DNA from: Mycolicibacterium smegmatis | GTDB taxonomy: Bacteria > Actinomycetota > Actinomycetes > Mycobacteriales > Mycobacteriaceae | Direction: 5' to 3' | Assembly (NCBI RefSeq): GCF_001457595.1 | Contig: NZ_LN831039.1 | Location: forward strand, 4,680,001-4,712,000 | DNA: 32,000 bases | Shown here: positions 1-8,944 of the stretch, piece after piece | Layout of the letters: each line of letters starts with the position of its first letter | Numbering within the stretch: position 1 is the first letter of the stretch | Program-made: the position numbers and the translations under genes | Notes under the pieces: generated by a model | Databases searched by the model: none | What the model saw: only the letters and a program-made list of their open reading frames with translations | What the model was told of the DNA's origin: nothing

Positions 1-792
1 CCACGGCGGCATTCCCAGCTCACCGGCCAGCCGGTACGGATCACCCGACAGCGGCCCGACCCGCGCGATCGTGTGCACGGCCTCGGCCAGCGCATCGGCC
101 AGCACCACGTGCGGCTCCCCCGCCAGCATCGCCCAGCGCAGCGCCTCGGCCGCCCCGGCCACATCCCCCACCACCGCCTTGTCGGCGATGTCGAAGCCCT
201 TCACCTCGGCCTTTCCGCTGTGATAGCGGCGCACCGCCGCGGCGTCGACCTCACCCGCGGTGTCGGCGACCAGTTGGGAACACACCGCGGCCAGTTCGCG
301 GATGTTGGAGCCGACCGCGTCGAGCACTGCCGAGACCGTGTCCTCGGATACCTTGGCGCGCAGTCTGCGGAACTCGGAGCGGACGAAGTCCGCACGCTCG
401 GCCGGCTTGGTGATGCGGGCGCACGGATGGACCTCGGCGCCCAGCTTCTTGAGCTGATCAGCCAGCGCCTTGGCGCGGCCACCCCCGGAGTGGATGACCA
501 CCAGCACGGTCCCGGGCGGCAGATCGGCAGCCGCCGACGCGATGAGGGCGACGGCGTCCTTGCCCGCCTCGGCGGCGGCCTCGAGCACGACCAGACGCTC
601 CTCGGCGAACAGCGACGGGCTGAGCAGTTCGGCGAGCTCACTGGTGCTCACCTCACCCGCGCGCAGGCGGTCCACCGGCACGTCGTCGGAACCGGCACGC
701 TTGCGGATGTCGCGCAGGATGGCGCCCACGGCGCGCTCCACCAACAGTTCCTCGTCGCCAAGCACCAAGTGCAGCCCGTCGGTCACGCCCAT
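1..792 (-). CDS. holA: DNA polymerase III delta subunit (clamp-loader HolA), N-terminal 264 codons; the 3' end lies beyond the window edge
   Basis: Absent from the ORF track because it runs off position 1. My translation of the minus strand from ATG (complement of 790-792) reads [81 protein letters not shown]... and stays open to position 1, with G/C-rich third codon positions. It starts 7 nt after the comEC stop, as in the mycobacterial comEA-comEC-holA arrangement. Confidence 0.8.
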   Translation of the reverse strand, partial: MGVTDGLHLVLGDEELLVERAVGAILRDIRKRAGSDDVPVDRLRAGEVSTSELAELLSPSLFAEERLVVLEAAAEAGKDAVALIASAAADLPPGTVLVVIHSGGGRAKALADQLKKLGAEVHPCARITKPAERADFVRSEFRRLRAKVSEDTVSAVLDAVGSNIRELAAVCSQLVADTAGEVDAAAVRRYHSGKAEVKGFDIADKAVVGDVAGAAEALRWAMLAGEPHVVLADALAEAVHTIARVGPLSGDPYRLAGELGMPPW

Positions 793-799
793 GATGGTG

Positions 800-2314
800 T
801 CATGTCGGCCCGACAGCGCCGACAACCTGGCCCGCCACCGTCCAGGCCAGCATCACGACGGCCGCGCCCGCGACCGCCCGGCGCACCCAGCGGCTGCGCC
901 ACAGCACCGTCAGAGTGACGCCCGAGATCGCGACGAGCAGTACGCCGGCCCATCCGGACGGCGTCGGAACGGTCGCCGCGGGCATCCCCGACGCCCACCG
1001 CGCAACCGACAACAACCACCACACCTCGGGACCGGTGAACCGGATCAGCAGCCCCGCGCCGGCCGGCCACACCGCCGCCAGGGCCGCGGCCGCGGTCCCC
1101 AGCACGGTGATCGGCGGAATCACTCCCACCACCGCCAGATTGGCCGCGACGGCCACGACACTGAAGCGCCCGGAGATCCCCGCGACGAGCGGTGCGGTGA
1201 CCAACTGCGCCGCGGCCGCGACGCTGACGGCCGCGGCCAGTGTGCTGGGCCAGCCGCGGGCCTCCAGGCGGCGCGCCCACACCGGTGCGATGACGACGAT
1301 GGCTGCCGTGGCGCACACCGACAACGCGAAGCCGACGTCGACAGCGAGTTCGGGGGCGGCGGCCATCAGCACCAGCACACTGGCGGCCAGCGCCGGAATG
1401 GCCTGGCGCCGCCGGTGCGTCACGATCGCGAGCAGCGTCACCGCACCCATGACCGCGGAGCGGAGCACGCTGGCCGACGGCTGTACCACGATGACGAACG
1501 CGACAAGGCCCACCAGGGCCAGGCCGACCGCGATGCGCGGACCCACCAACGCCGCGGACAGCAACAGGGCTCCGCACACGATGGTCACGTTGGCGCCGGA
1601 CACCGCGGTCAGATGGGTCAAACCGCTCGAGCGGAACTCGGCCGTGGTCTGGGTGCTGACCGTGCTGGTGTCCCCGAGGACCAGGCCCGGCAGGATCGCG
1701 GCCTGATCGGCGGGCAGGACCAGACGAGCCGTCTCGGCGAACGACGTCCGGATGCGTTGTGCGCCACGCTGAATTGCCGGTGCCTCACCGATCGTCGGAT
1801 CACCGCGCGCCGAGAGGGCCGCGACCGTCAGATCGGCCCTGGTCGGCCGCGACAGCGTGGCGCGGAACCCGACCGGGCTGCCGGGTGTGAGTGCACCGAA
1901 ACGGCTCGACGCGAACACCATCACGCGTCCGGAGACCGGGGCGCCGTCGAGTTCGGTGAGTGCGGCCCGGAACATCAGGCGGTTGCCGCGGGTCGGCCGT
2001 GGCACCTCGCTGACGACCACGCGGACAGTCGCGGCCCCGCCGTAGCGGTCGACGACAGGGTGTTCACGAACCTGGTTCACGCGCAATCCGATCGCGACCG
2101 CGAAACCCACACCTGTCACCGCGACGGCGATCACCACGGCGCCGGTACGCGCCGGGCCGGCCCACCGGGTGACCGCGGCAGCGAGCAGTGTCACCACGAT
2201 CACCACGAGCACCGATCCGGCGATGTACCAGACGATCCCGGCCGCGGTCACCAACCATGCGGTCAGCGCAGCGGGTACCAGGCGCAGGTCGAGGAGTTCG
2301 GGTTCGTCGGTCAT
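800..2314 (-). CDS. comEC: ComEC/Rec2-family integral membrane protein, short form with no C-terminal metallo-beta-lactamase domain
   Basis: 504-aa polytopic membrane ORF. It has an N-terminal OB-like segment ([27 protein letters not shown]) and a competence-domain signature ([18 protein letters not shown]). It overlaps comEA by 4 nt (ATGA at 2311-2314). Confidence 0.8.
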   Translation of the reverse strand: MTDEPELLDLRLVPAALTAWLVTAAGIVWYIAGSVLVVIVVTLLAAAVTRWAGPARTGAVVIAVAVTGVGFAVAIGLRVNQVREHPVVDRYGGAATVRVVVSEVPRPTRGNRLMFRAALTELDGAPVSGRVMVFASSRFGALTPGSPVGFRATLSRPTRADLTVAALSARGDPTIGEAPAIQRGAQRIRTSFAETARLVLPADQAAILPGLVLGDTSTVSTQTTAEFRSSGLTHLTAVSGANVTIVCGALLLSAALVGPRIAVGLALVGLVAFVIVVQPSASVLRSAVMGAVTLLAIVTHRRRQAIPALAASVLVLMAAAPELAVDVGFALSVCATAAIVVIAPVWARRLEARGWPSTLAAAVSVAAAAQLVTAPLVAGISGRFSVVAVAANLAVVGVIPPITVLGTAAAALAAVWPAGAGLLIRFTGPEVWWLLSVARWASGMPAATVPTPSGWAGVLLVAISGVTLTVLWRSRWVRRAVAGAAVVMLAWTVAGQVVGAVGPT

Positions 2315-3189
2315 ACCCGGACCAGACCACGCAGCTTCTCCAGCCGGGCCGGGCCGATACCGTCGACCTCACCCAGTTGGTCGACACTGGCGAACTGCCC
2401 GTTGGCATTTCGCCATGACACGATGGCCTCCGCGGTCACCGGCCCGACGCCGGGCAGCGCGTCGAGTTGTTCGACGGTTGCGGTGTTGAGGTCGAGCGGG
2501 CCGGACGCAGTCTGCCCGCCACCACCGGCAGCGGGCTCGGCGGCACCGGTCGCCTCCGCGGTGGAGACCGAACTGCCCATGGTGGTCGGCTGACCCGCCG
2601 GCGCGGCGATCCCGACAACGATCTGTTCTCCGTCGGCGACGCGCCGCGCCATGTTGAGCCCGATCAGATCGGCACCGTCGAGCGCACCACCCGCGGCGGT
2701 GAGCGCGTCGGCGATCCGGGCTCCCGATGACAAAGTCACCAGGCCGGGCTTGTGCACCAGGCCGACGACACTGACCACCACCGGCCCGGCCGCCGCCTCC
2801 GGCGTGGGGGCCGATGACGAAACCATCTGCACCGGAGGAAGGTTCGCTGACATTACGGGTGCAGGGCGGTCGCGCAGCACGACGAACACCGTGATGAGCA
2901 CCGCCAACACTCCCAGCGTGGCGAGTGCGAGAACTCCGACGCGGCCGGGATCGGCCCGGATCACGTTCAGCCACGCGGGCCGCTGCCCCTCCGTGGTGTC
3001 GGGCAGCCACTTCGACAGCGCGGTGTCCGGCGCGACGCCGGATTCGGAGTCCTCGGTGTCACCGGCATCGGCAGCGTCGATGGTGTCCGTGGTGGCGTCG
3101 GTGTCAGACCCGAGTCTGCGGCGTAGCCGCTGCACGGGCAATTCGGTACCCATGCCCGCGACGGTAGGCCCGGCACCGGACCGGACCAC
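2311..3189 (-). CDS. comEA: ComEA-family DNA-binding protein (TM anchor + SLBB + tandem helix-hairpin-helix)
   Basis: The C-terminus LDLNTATVEQLDALPGVGPVTAEAIVSWRNANGQFASVDQLGEVDGIGPARLEKL is a classic ComEA HhH pair, and a TM helix VGVLALATLGVLAVLITVFVVL is present. The longest ORF starts at GTG 3189. An in-frame ATG at 3153 preceded by TACCGT is an alternative, possibly better, start. Confidence 0.85.
   Translation of the reverse strand: MVRSGAGPTVAGMGTELPVQRLRRRLGSDTDATTDTIDAADAGDTEDSESGVAPDTALSKWLPDTTEGQRPAWLNVIRADPGRVGVLALATLGVLAVLITVFVVLRDRPAPVMSANLPPVQMVSSSAPTPEAAAGPVVVSVVGLVHKPGLVTLSSGARIADALTAAGGALDGADLIGLNMARRVADGEQIVVGIAAPAGQPTTMGSSVSTAEATGAAEPAAGGGGQTASGPLDLNTATVEQLDALPGVGPVTAEAIVSWRNANGQFASVDQLGEVDGIGPARLEKLRGLVRV
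3161..3166 (-). promoter_or_regulatory. Candidate -10 hexamer TACCGT, 7 nt upstream of the in-frame ATG at 3153 of comEA (leaderless-type promoter)
   Basis: Plus-strand acggta at 3161-3166 gives TACCGT on the minus strand, which fits mycobacterial TANNNT. The 7-nt spacing places the TSS at or 1 nt before the ATG. Confidence 0.35.
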
Positions 3190-3255
3190 CCCGCCGCAGA
3201 CGCCCCGGCGGGCCGGCTGTGGATGAAATCGGGTCTGGGGACAACCTGGGCGTGG

Positions 3256-4521
3256 TCAGGCGGCGTGCTTGCCGGACTTGTGCTTTTTCTCCGACGACTT
3301 CTCGGTCGACTTCTTCTCCGACTTCTTCTCGTTCGATGACTTCTCGGTCGACTTGCCCGAATCACCCGCATCGGAGCCCTTGCCCGACAACGACTTTTGC
3401 TGCTTCTGGGTCTTCGCCGGCGATCCGGTCAACGACTTCATAGCGCGTCCGATATCGGAAGCCGCCTTGCGGATCGGGCGCGGCTTGGTCACCGACGGGG
3501 TGGACTTGCCCGCTGAATCCGGTTCGGTCACCGAAGCGGGTTGTGCCGTCGTGGCCTTGGTGGTCACGTCGGGGTCGTCCTTGGTCGCGTCGGTTACCTT
3601 CGAATCGGTGTCAAGACCCGGCTTGTCGGCCTTCGCTGTTGTCAGGGCCGCGACCGCCGGTGCGGCTTCGTCGAACCGGCGGTCGGCGGAGCCACCGGCC
3701 GCGTCGTGGATGTTGGTGGCTGCGGTCTGCAGCGAATCGGTGACGATCGTCGACGCGGTCCGCAGCACGTCGCCGGCCTGCTCGACGGCCGCTGACAACG
3801 CCCGCGCCGGGTCACCGGAACGTGCGAGTTCCTGCGCGGCGGCGTCGACGGTCTGCGGGACACCGAGCAGCACCAGTTCACCGGCCTGGAACGCAACCGC
3901 GGCGAACACCTTGATGGCCTCGACCGCGACGACCTCGGGCAGTGTGCGTGCGCCGGTCTCGGTCGGCACCGGCACACCCGGCCCGGGCAGCGGTTGGTTG
4001 AGGCCGTCGAGAATGGTTTGGCGGGCGGTGTCGATGGCGTCGGGCAGGGTGGCCGGGTCAGCCAGCGCCGCACCGATGCGCAGCAACTGCACCACCGAGA
4101 TCTCCAGGTTGTTGAACGCCTTGGGGACGACGCGGTCGACGTCGTTGAGAATGATGCCCTCGGCCGCGTCGTTCAGCGGGCCCGTCACCGAGGCGGCGGC
4201 CGCCCCGATCGCGCGGGTCAGCGATCCGTTGGTGCCCAGTGAGTCGAGGAACGCGAGCGGCGACAGCGCCGTTCCGACCGGAACCGAGACCAGCCCCTGC
4301 ACGATGAACGGGCAGATCACGCTGCAGTACTGCGCCTGGTTCTGCAGGAACGCCAGCGGAAGCGCCCCGAGCGCGGGGCTCGCCGTCAGCTCGACCGGCG
4401 CGCTGACCACGCGCGGCAGGTGCAGGTCGGGCGGCGGTTCCACGACCGGTGCGACGAGGGCCGCGCCGACGCTTGCGGCAGCGATCGTGGACAGGACTGC
4501 GGAGTGTGCACGCGCATACAA
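3256..4521 (-). CDS. Hypothetical secreted or envelope-anchored protein with a Lys/Ser/Glu-rich disordered C-terminal tail
   Basis: 421-aa ORF with a TTG start, a signal-like N-terminus (MYARAHSAVLSTIAAASVGAALVAPVV), an Ala/Val/Leu-rich helical core and the tail ...KSLSGKGSDAGDSGKSTEKSSNEKKSEKKSTEKSSEKKHKSGKHAA. Third codon positions are G/C-rich in this frame, whereas the antisense 423-aa ORF is Ser/Ala nonsense. I recognise no family. Confidence 0.65.
   Translation of the reverse strand: MYARAHSAVLSTIAAASVGAALVAPVVEPPPDLHLPRVVSAPVELTASPALGALPLAFLQNQAQYCSVICPFIVQGLVSVPVGTALSPLAFLDSLGTNGSLTRAIGAAAASVTGPLNDAAEGIILNDVDRVVPKAFNNLEISVVQLLRIGAALADPATLPDAIDTARQTILDGLNQPLPGPGVPVPTETGARTLPEVVAVEAIKVFAAVAFQAGELVLLGVPQTVDAAAQELARSGDPARALSAAVEQAGDVLRTASTIVTDSLQTAATNIHDAAGGSADRRFDEAAPAVAALTTAKADKPGLDTDSKVTDATKDDPDVTTKATTAQPASVTEPDSAGKSTPSVTKPRPIRKAASDIGRAMKSLTGSPAKTQKQQKSLSGKGSDAGDSGKSTEKSSNEKKSEKKSTEKSSEKKHKSGKHAA
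3296..3354 (-). repeat. Direct 17-nt repeat (gacttctcggtcgactt) with a 42-nt period, encoding the repeated KSTEKSS unit of the basic tail
   Basis: Identical 17-mers at 3296-3312 and 3338-3354 on the plus strand. The 42-nt period equals 14 codons. Confidence 0.8.
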
Positions 4522-4626
4522 TTCGGGCCCCCAGAGGTGATCGGAAATCCTGACCTATAGACACGTGCCCCGGCCGCGAAAAGTTCAGAACACCGGCTCA
4601 CGCGAAGTACTGGCCACTTCACGCCG

Positions 4627-5433
4627 CTAAACAACTCGCGGCACCGGACCGCCGTTCCTCGCGGACTCGTGCGGCGTGACGCGGTCCAGGAACCGCAGCA
4701 ACTCCACCGGGAACGGCACCACCACCGTCGAGTTCTTCTCGGCCGCGACCTCCACCACCGTCTCCAGGAACCGCAACTGCAGGGCCGCGGGCTCGTTACC
4801 CATCACATCGGCTGCGGCAGCGAGCTTTTCGGAGGCCTGCAACTCACCGTCGGCGGTGATCACGCGCGCGCGCCGTTCCCGCTCGGCCTCGGCCTGTTTC
4901 GCTATCGACCGCTTCATCGAATCCGGCAGCACCACGTCCTTGATCTCGACGCGGTCGATGTGGATGCCCCAACCCACGGCCGGATTGTCGATCAGCAGTT
5001 CCAGGCCCTGGTTGAGCCGCTCACGGTTCGACAGCAGGTCATCGAGGTTGCTCTTGCCGATGATCGACCGCAGTGACGTCTGCGCCACCTGCCCGACGGC
5101 CGACATGTAGTCCTGCACGTCCACGACGGCACGCACCGGGTCGATGACCTTGAAGTAGATGACGGCGTCGACGCGCACCGTGACGTTGTCGCGGGTGATG
5201 CCGTCCTGTGCAGGGATCGGCATCGTCACGATCTGCATGTTGACCTTCTGCAACCGGTCGGCGATCGGGATCAGCATGGTCAGGCCCGGTTGCCGGATGC
5301 TTTTGGTCACACGGCCGAACCGGAAGACCACGCCTCTCTCATACTGTCTCACCACCCGGATGTTGCGGATGGCCAGCCAGGCCAGCGTCACCGCGGCGGC
5401 TGCCGATATCCCGAGCGAATAGAGCATGTCCAT
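4627..5433 (-). CDS. SPFH/band-7 (stomatin-like) membrane protein
   Basis: One N-terminal TM helix (LGISAAAAVTLAWLAI) is followed by a typical SPFH core (VVRQYERGVVFRFGR...PGLTMLIPIADRLQKVNMQIVTMPIPAQDGITRDNVTVRVDAVIYFKV...) and a coiled-coil tail (AEAERERRARVITADGELQASEKLA). I chose the start at ATG 5433 (MDMLYSL) because GAGG lies 6 nt upstream. The track ORF extends to 5577 and ATG 5481 is another option. Confidence 0.85.
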   Translation of the reverse strand: MDMLYSLGISAAAAVTLAWLAIRNIRVVRQYERGVVFRFGRVTKSIRQPGLTMLIPIADRLQKVNMQIVTMPIPAQDGITRDNVTVRVDAVIYFKVIDPVRAVVDVQDYMSAVGQVAQTSLRSIIGKSNLDDLLSNRERLNQGLELLIDNPAVGWGIHIDRVEIKDVVLPDSMKRSIAKQAEAERERRARVITADGELQASEKLAAAADVMGNEPAALQLRFLETVVEVAAEKNSTVVVPFPVELLRFLDRVTPHESARNGGPVPRVV

Positions 5434-5536
5434 GATTCGCCTCGATCCATGGATTCCGGGTCCTGGCGCGTTGAGCGCCATGATTCGATTGTGCGCTCGG
5501 GCGCGGTGGCCCCGCAGGCGATCGGGCCCGGACCGG

Positions 5537-6379
5537 TCAGCTTTCGGGATCGACCGACAGGGCCACACCGACCGCACCGCCGCCGACGTGCACGGCCAGC
5601 ACGGGGCCCATGTCGGCCACCTCCAGCGACCGCAGCGCGGGCAGCCGCTCGGTGAGCTGTTTGCCGATCTCTTCGGCGGCTTCGGGATTGTCGACGTGAT
5701 GCACCACCACGTCGACGAGGCGGTCCCCGGCCTCTTCGAGCACCTGCTCGACGAGCGCGGAGTGCGCCTTGGATGCGGTACGGATGCGCTGCGAGAGCAC
5801 CAGGCGTCCGTCGATATCCAACTGCAGCAACGGTTTCAGCGCCAGCGCGGTGCCCAGCCACGATGCCGCGGTGCCGATGCGACCGCTGCGCCGCAGGTTG
5901 TCCAGGCGGTGCACCACGATGAACGCGTGGGTGCGCTGCGCGGCGGCGCGTGCCGCGGCCTCGACGTCGTCCAGCGACGCCCCCGCGCCGGCCGCCCGCG
6001 CCGCGGCCAGCGCCGCGAACCCGACACCCATCGCCGCCGACCGCGAGTTGACGACGCGTACCGCGTGGCTGAACTCGCGCGCAGCCGAGGCCGCCGAGCT
6101 GTAGGTGCTCGACAGTGCGGCCGAGATATGTACTGCGACAACGCCGTCGCCACCACTGTCGGCGAGCGCACGACGGTAGACATCGGCGATCTCGGTGGGT
6201 GTCGCGCCCGACGTGGTGACCTTGGGGCGGTCATGGATGTCGGACGGTACGGCGTCGACACCGTCGCGCAGATCGTTGTCGCCGTCGAGGATGTGCAGCG
6301 GCACCTGCCGGATGCCCCACCGTTCACACAACTGGCGACTCAGCCGTGACGACGAGTCGGTAACGACCACCACCGCCAT
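5537..6379 (-). CDS. DegV-family fatty-acid-binding protein
   Basis: 280 aa. The N-terminus MAVVVVTDSSSRL and the overall pattern match DegV, and the position corresponds to Rv2417c (from memory). It starts 1 nt after the upstream gene's stop. Confidence 0.8.
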   Translation of the reverse strand: MAVVVVTDSSSRLSRQLCERWGIRQVPLHILDGDNDLRDGVDAVPSDIHDRPKVTTSGATPTEIADVYRRALADSGGDGVVAVHISAALSSTYSSAASAAREFSHAVRVVNSRSAAMGVGFAALAAARAAGAGASLDDVEAAARAAAQRTHAFIVVHRLDNLRRSGRIGTAASWLGTALALKPLLQLDIDGRLVLSQRIRTASKAHSALVEQVLEEAGDRLVDVVVHHVDNPEAAEEIGKQLTERLPALRSLEVADMGPVLAVHVGGGAVGVALSVDPES

Positions 6380-6380
6380 G

Positions 6381-7139
6381 TCAGGTTGCGGAATCCCGTT
6401 GTGTCACACCCGCTTCGGCAAGGCCTTTGAGCATCAGCTCGGCGACGGCGCGGTGCGCCTCGAAGCTCCAGTGGATACCGTCGGGATTGCCGCGTCCACC
6501 GAACACCTCGTCGGCGACGGCAGCCTTGAGATCCACCAGCGGTACGTGGTGCTCCTCGGCCCACGCCGTGATGGCCCGCACCGTCGGCTCACGCCCGTGG
6601 TGCGCCCTGCCGTAGGTCTCGGCGATGTGCACCGACGGCAGCGAGGCCACCACGGGGATGCCCGGACGGTTGAAATCGATGGCGTTGCGGGTCATTTCGA
6701 GGTACTCGACCGTCACATGCGGCGGCAGGGCCGACCGGGCGATCGGCGACAGCCGCGGCTGTACCCAGCCGTAGCCGTCGCGCACCCAGCGCCGCAACCA
6801 CGGTGGCCGGACGTACCGGATCATCTCCCGCAGTGCCGTGGGCAGCGGCGAGGGCAGCGAATCCATGCCGCTCGTCGCGAAGACCACCGCACCCGCCCGG
6901 GGCAGCGCGGCCCACGACCGCGGATCCTGGGTGGCCGCCCACCACACATCGCGGCAGGTCCAGCCGATGCGCCCGATCAGTTCGACGTCCCAGCCCAGTT
7001 GCTCGCCGACGATGTTGGGCCAGATCCGTGGATCATCGGCGGGCAGCCCGCCCGTGGGCCCGAAGTACGACAGCGAGTCGGCGAAGACCAGCAGCACCGG
7101 CCTGTGGCCAGTGGACTCCGAGGATGTCTCAGAGGACAT
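6381..7139 (-). CDS. octT: SGNH/GDSL-type acyltransferase or hydrolase; by synteny the diglucosylglycerate octanoyltransferase of methylglucose lipopolysaccharide synthesis
   Basis: 252 aa with block [14 protein letters not shown]. It lies immediately downstream of, and overlaps by 11 nt, the gpgP-like gene, as for Rv2418c/Rv2419c. The specific function is inferred from synteny. Confidence 0.65.
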
Positions 7140-7809
7140 CGTTGGCCACCTGCGCCGAGGCGTTCCACACGTCGAGTCGCCAGCGGATGTCCGCGAACTC
7201 CGCGTCGTCGGCCGAATGCCCGGACAGCTGCACCCAGCTGGCGTTACCCATGCCGCCCAGCACCGGCCAGTTGTCGACCGGCAGGCCGAGCAGCTCGGCG
7301 GTCAGTGCCGCGATCAGCCCACCGTGGGCCACCAGCACCACGGGGCGTTCGGCACCGGCCCCCGGGCGGTCCAGGCCCCATTCGGACTGTTGCGCAACGA
7401 GTTCGACGACCAGCGGCAGGCTGCGCTCGGCGACGTCCACGCGGCTCTCACCGCCGTGCGGCGCCCACCGGGCGTCGTCGCGCCAGGCCAGCCGGGCACC
7501 CGGGGCCGCGGCGTCGACCTCGAGATGGGTCAGCCCCTGCCAGTCCCCCAGATGCGTCTCGCGCAGGCGCTTGTCGACCGCCACCGCCACGCCCGCACGG
7601 GTGCCGAGGGTCTCGGCCGTGTCCAGCGCCCGCCGCAGATCCGACGAGACGATCAGCAGCGGCTGCCGTTTGGCCAGCACCTCGGCCGCCGCGGCGGCCT
7701 GATCGCGGCCGAGGTCGGACAGGTCGGTGTCGAGCTGGCCCTGCATCCGGCTGCCCGCGTTGTACTCGGTCTGGCCGTGACGCAACATCACCAGCCGACG
7801 GATCCTCAT
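7129..7809 (-). CDS. gpgP: Histidine-phosphatase-superfamily enzyme; by synteny glucosyl-3-phosphoglycerate phosphatase
   Basis: It carries the RHG motif ([27 protein letters not shown]) and the second catalytic His region ([10 protein letters not shown]). The start is set at ATG 7809 (MRIRRLVML), 10 nt after the rsfS stop. The track's 262-aa version overlaps rsfS and is rejected. Confidence 0.75.
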
Positions 7810-7819
7810 CAGTGCTGCC

Positions 7820-8221
7820 TCATTCCTGCGCCTCCGCGCCATCCTCTGAGGCCTCGCCGCGGTGGTCCAGGTCGACGGGCACCTGCGGGCAGTCCTTCCA
7901 CAGCCGGTCGAGCGCATAGAAGTTGCGCTCGTCCTGATGCTGGATGTGGACCACGACGTCGATGTAGTCGAGCAGCGTCCAACGGCCCTCGCGGGTCCCT
8001 TCGCGCCGGGCCGGTTTGTATCCGGCGAGCCGCATCTTCTCCTCGACCTCGTCGACGATCGCGTTCACCTGACGCTCGTTGGACGCAGAGGCGATCACGA
8101 AGCAGTCGGTGATCACCAACTGTCCGGACACGTCGATGACCACCACGTCGTCGGCCAGCTTCGACGCGGCCGCCTGGGCCGCCACCGTCGCCATCTGGAC
8201 GGCCTCGTCCGTCGCGGTCAT
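7820..8221 (-). CDS. rsfS: Ribosomal silencing factor RsfS (DUF143/iojap family)
   Basis: The core [71 protein letters not shown] is typical RsfS. The start is set at ATG 8221, which overlaps the nadD stop (ATGA at 8218-8221). Confidence 0.85.
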   Translation of the reverse strand: MTATDEAVQMATVAAQAAASKLADDVVVIDVSGQLVITDCFVIASASNERQVNAIVDEVEEKMRLAGYKPARREGTREGRWTLLDYIDVVVHIQHQDERNFYALDRLWKDCPQVPVDLDHRGEASEDGAEAQE

Positions 8222-8925
8222 CGCACTGCCTCCTCGTCTTTCACGTCGCCGTCCTTCGCTTCGCCGTTGTTCGGTTTGCGGGTGTACAGACCGCGCTTCG
8301 CCACGTACTGCACCACACCGTCGGGCACCAGGTACCAGATGGGTCGCTGTTCCTCGGCGCGCTTGCGGCAATCGCTCGACGAGATCGCCAGCGCCGGCAC
8401 CTCCACCAGCGACAACGCATCGGGCGGCAGTTCGCGCATCGCGTCCAGGATGTGCTTGCCGTCCAGTTCGTAGCCGGGCCTGCTCACGCCGACGAACTTG
8501 GCCATGGAGAACATGTCCTCCCAGTTCTGCCAGGACAGGATGGACCCGAGCGCGTCGGCGCCGGTGATGAAATACAGGTCGGCGTCGGTGTTGAGGTCAC
8601 GCAGATCGCGCAGCGTGTCCTTGGTGTAGGTGGGGCCGCCGCGGTCGATGTCGACCCGGCTGACCGAGAACCTGGGGTTGGACGCGGTCGCGATGACGGT
8701 CATGAGGTACCGGTCCTCGGCCGCGCTGACCCTGCGGTGGTGCTTCTGCCACGGTTCGCCGGTGGGCACGAACACGACCTCGTCGAGGTCGAACAGGTCG
8801 GCGACCTCGCTGGCCGCGACCAAGTGCCCGTTGTGGATGGGGTCGAACGTCCCACCCATCACGCCCAGCCTGCGCCGTGTTGCCACGAATAGCGAGCTTA
8901 CGGCAGCGTCGGGCACCACCTGCAC
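8218..8925 (-). CDS. nadD: Nicotinate-nucleotide adenylyltransferase
   Basis: It has the [11 protein letters not shown] (HxGH) motif and the [12 protein letters not shown] block. The longest ORF starts at GTG 8925, and an in-frame GTG at 8886 ([12 protein letters not shown]) would give a more typical length. Confidence 0.9.
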   Translation of the reverse strand: MQVVPDAAVSSLFVATRRRLGVMGGTFDPIHNGHLVAASEVADLFDLDEVVFVPTGEPWQKHHRRVSAAEDRYLMTVIATASNPRFSVSRVDIDRGGPTYTKDTLRDLRDLNTDADLYFITGADALGSILSWQNWEDMFSMAKFVGVSRPGYELDGKHILDAMRELPPDALSLVEVPALAISSSDCRKRAEEQRPIWYLVPDGVVQYVAKRGLYTRKPNNGEAKDGDVKDEEAVR

Positions 8926-8944
8926 CCGTACAAATACGCCCGGG

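Noticed and set aside
470-2593. Very long ORFs in the track that lie antisense to or out of frame with the genes called here. Examples are 470-2593 (+, 707 aa), 6195-7919 (+, 574 aa), 8630-10231 (+, 533 aa), 10310-12934 (+, 874 aa), 18234-20702 (-, 822 aa), 21549-24026 (+, 825 aa) and 3269-4540 (+, 423 aa).
   Set aside because: Their translations are Arg/Pro/Gly/Ala/Ser-rich low-complexity strings with no recognisable motifs. Each overlaps an ORF on the other strand or frame that carries clear family signatures. Long stop-free shadow frames are expected in high-GC DNA.
5431-5487. The 9-nt direct repeat CATGATTCG at 5431-5439 and 5479-5487, each containing a candidate SPFH start codon.
   Set aside because: It is too short to exclude coincidence. 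I record it only as the source of start-codon ambiguity, not as a regulatory repeat.
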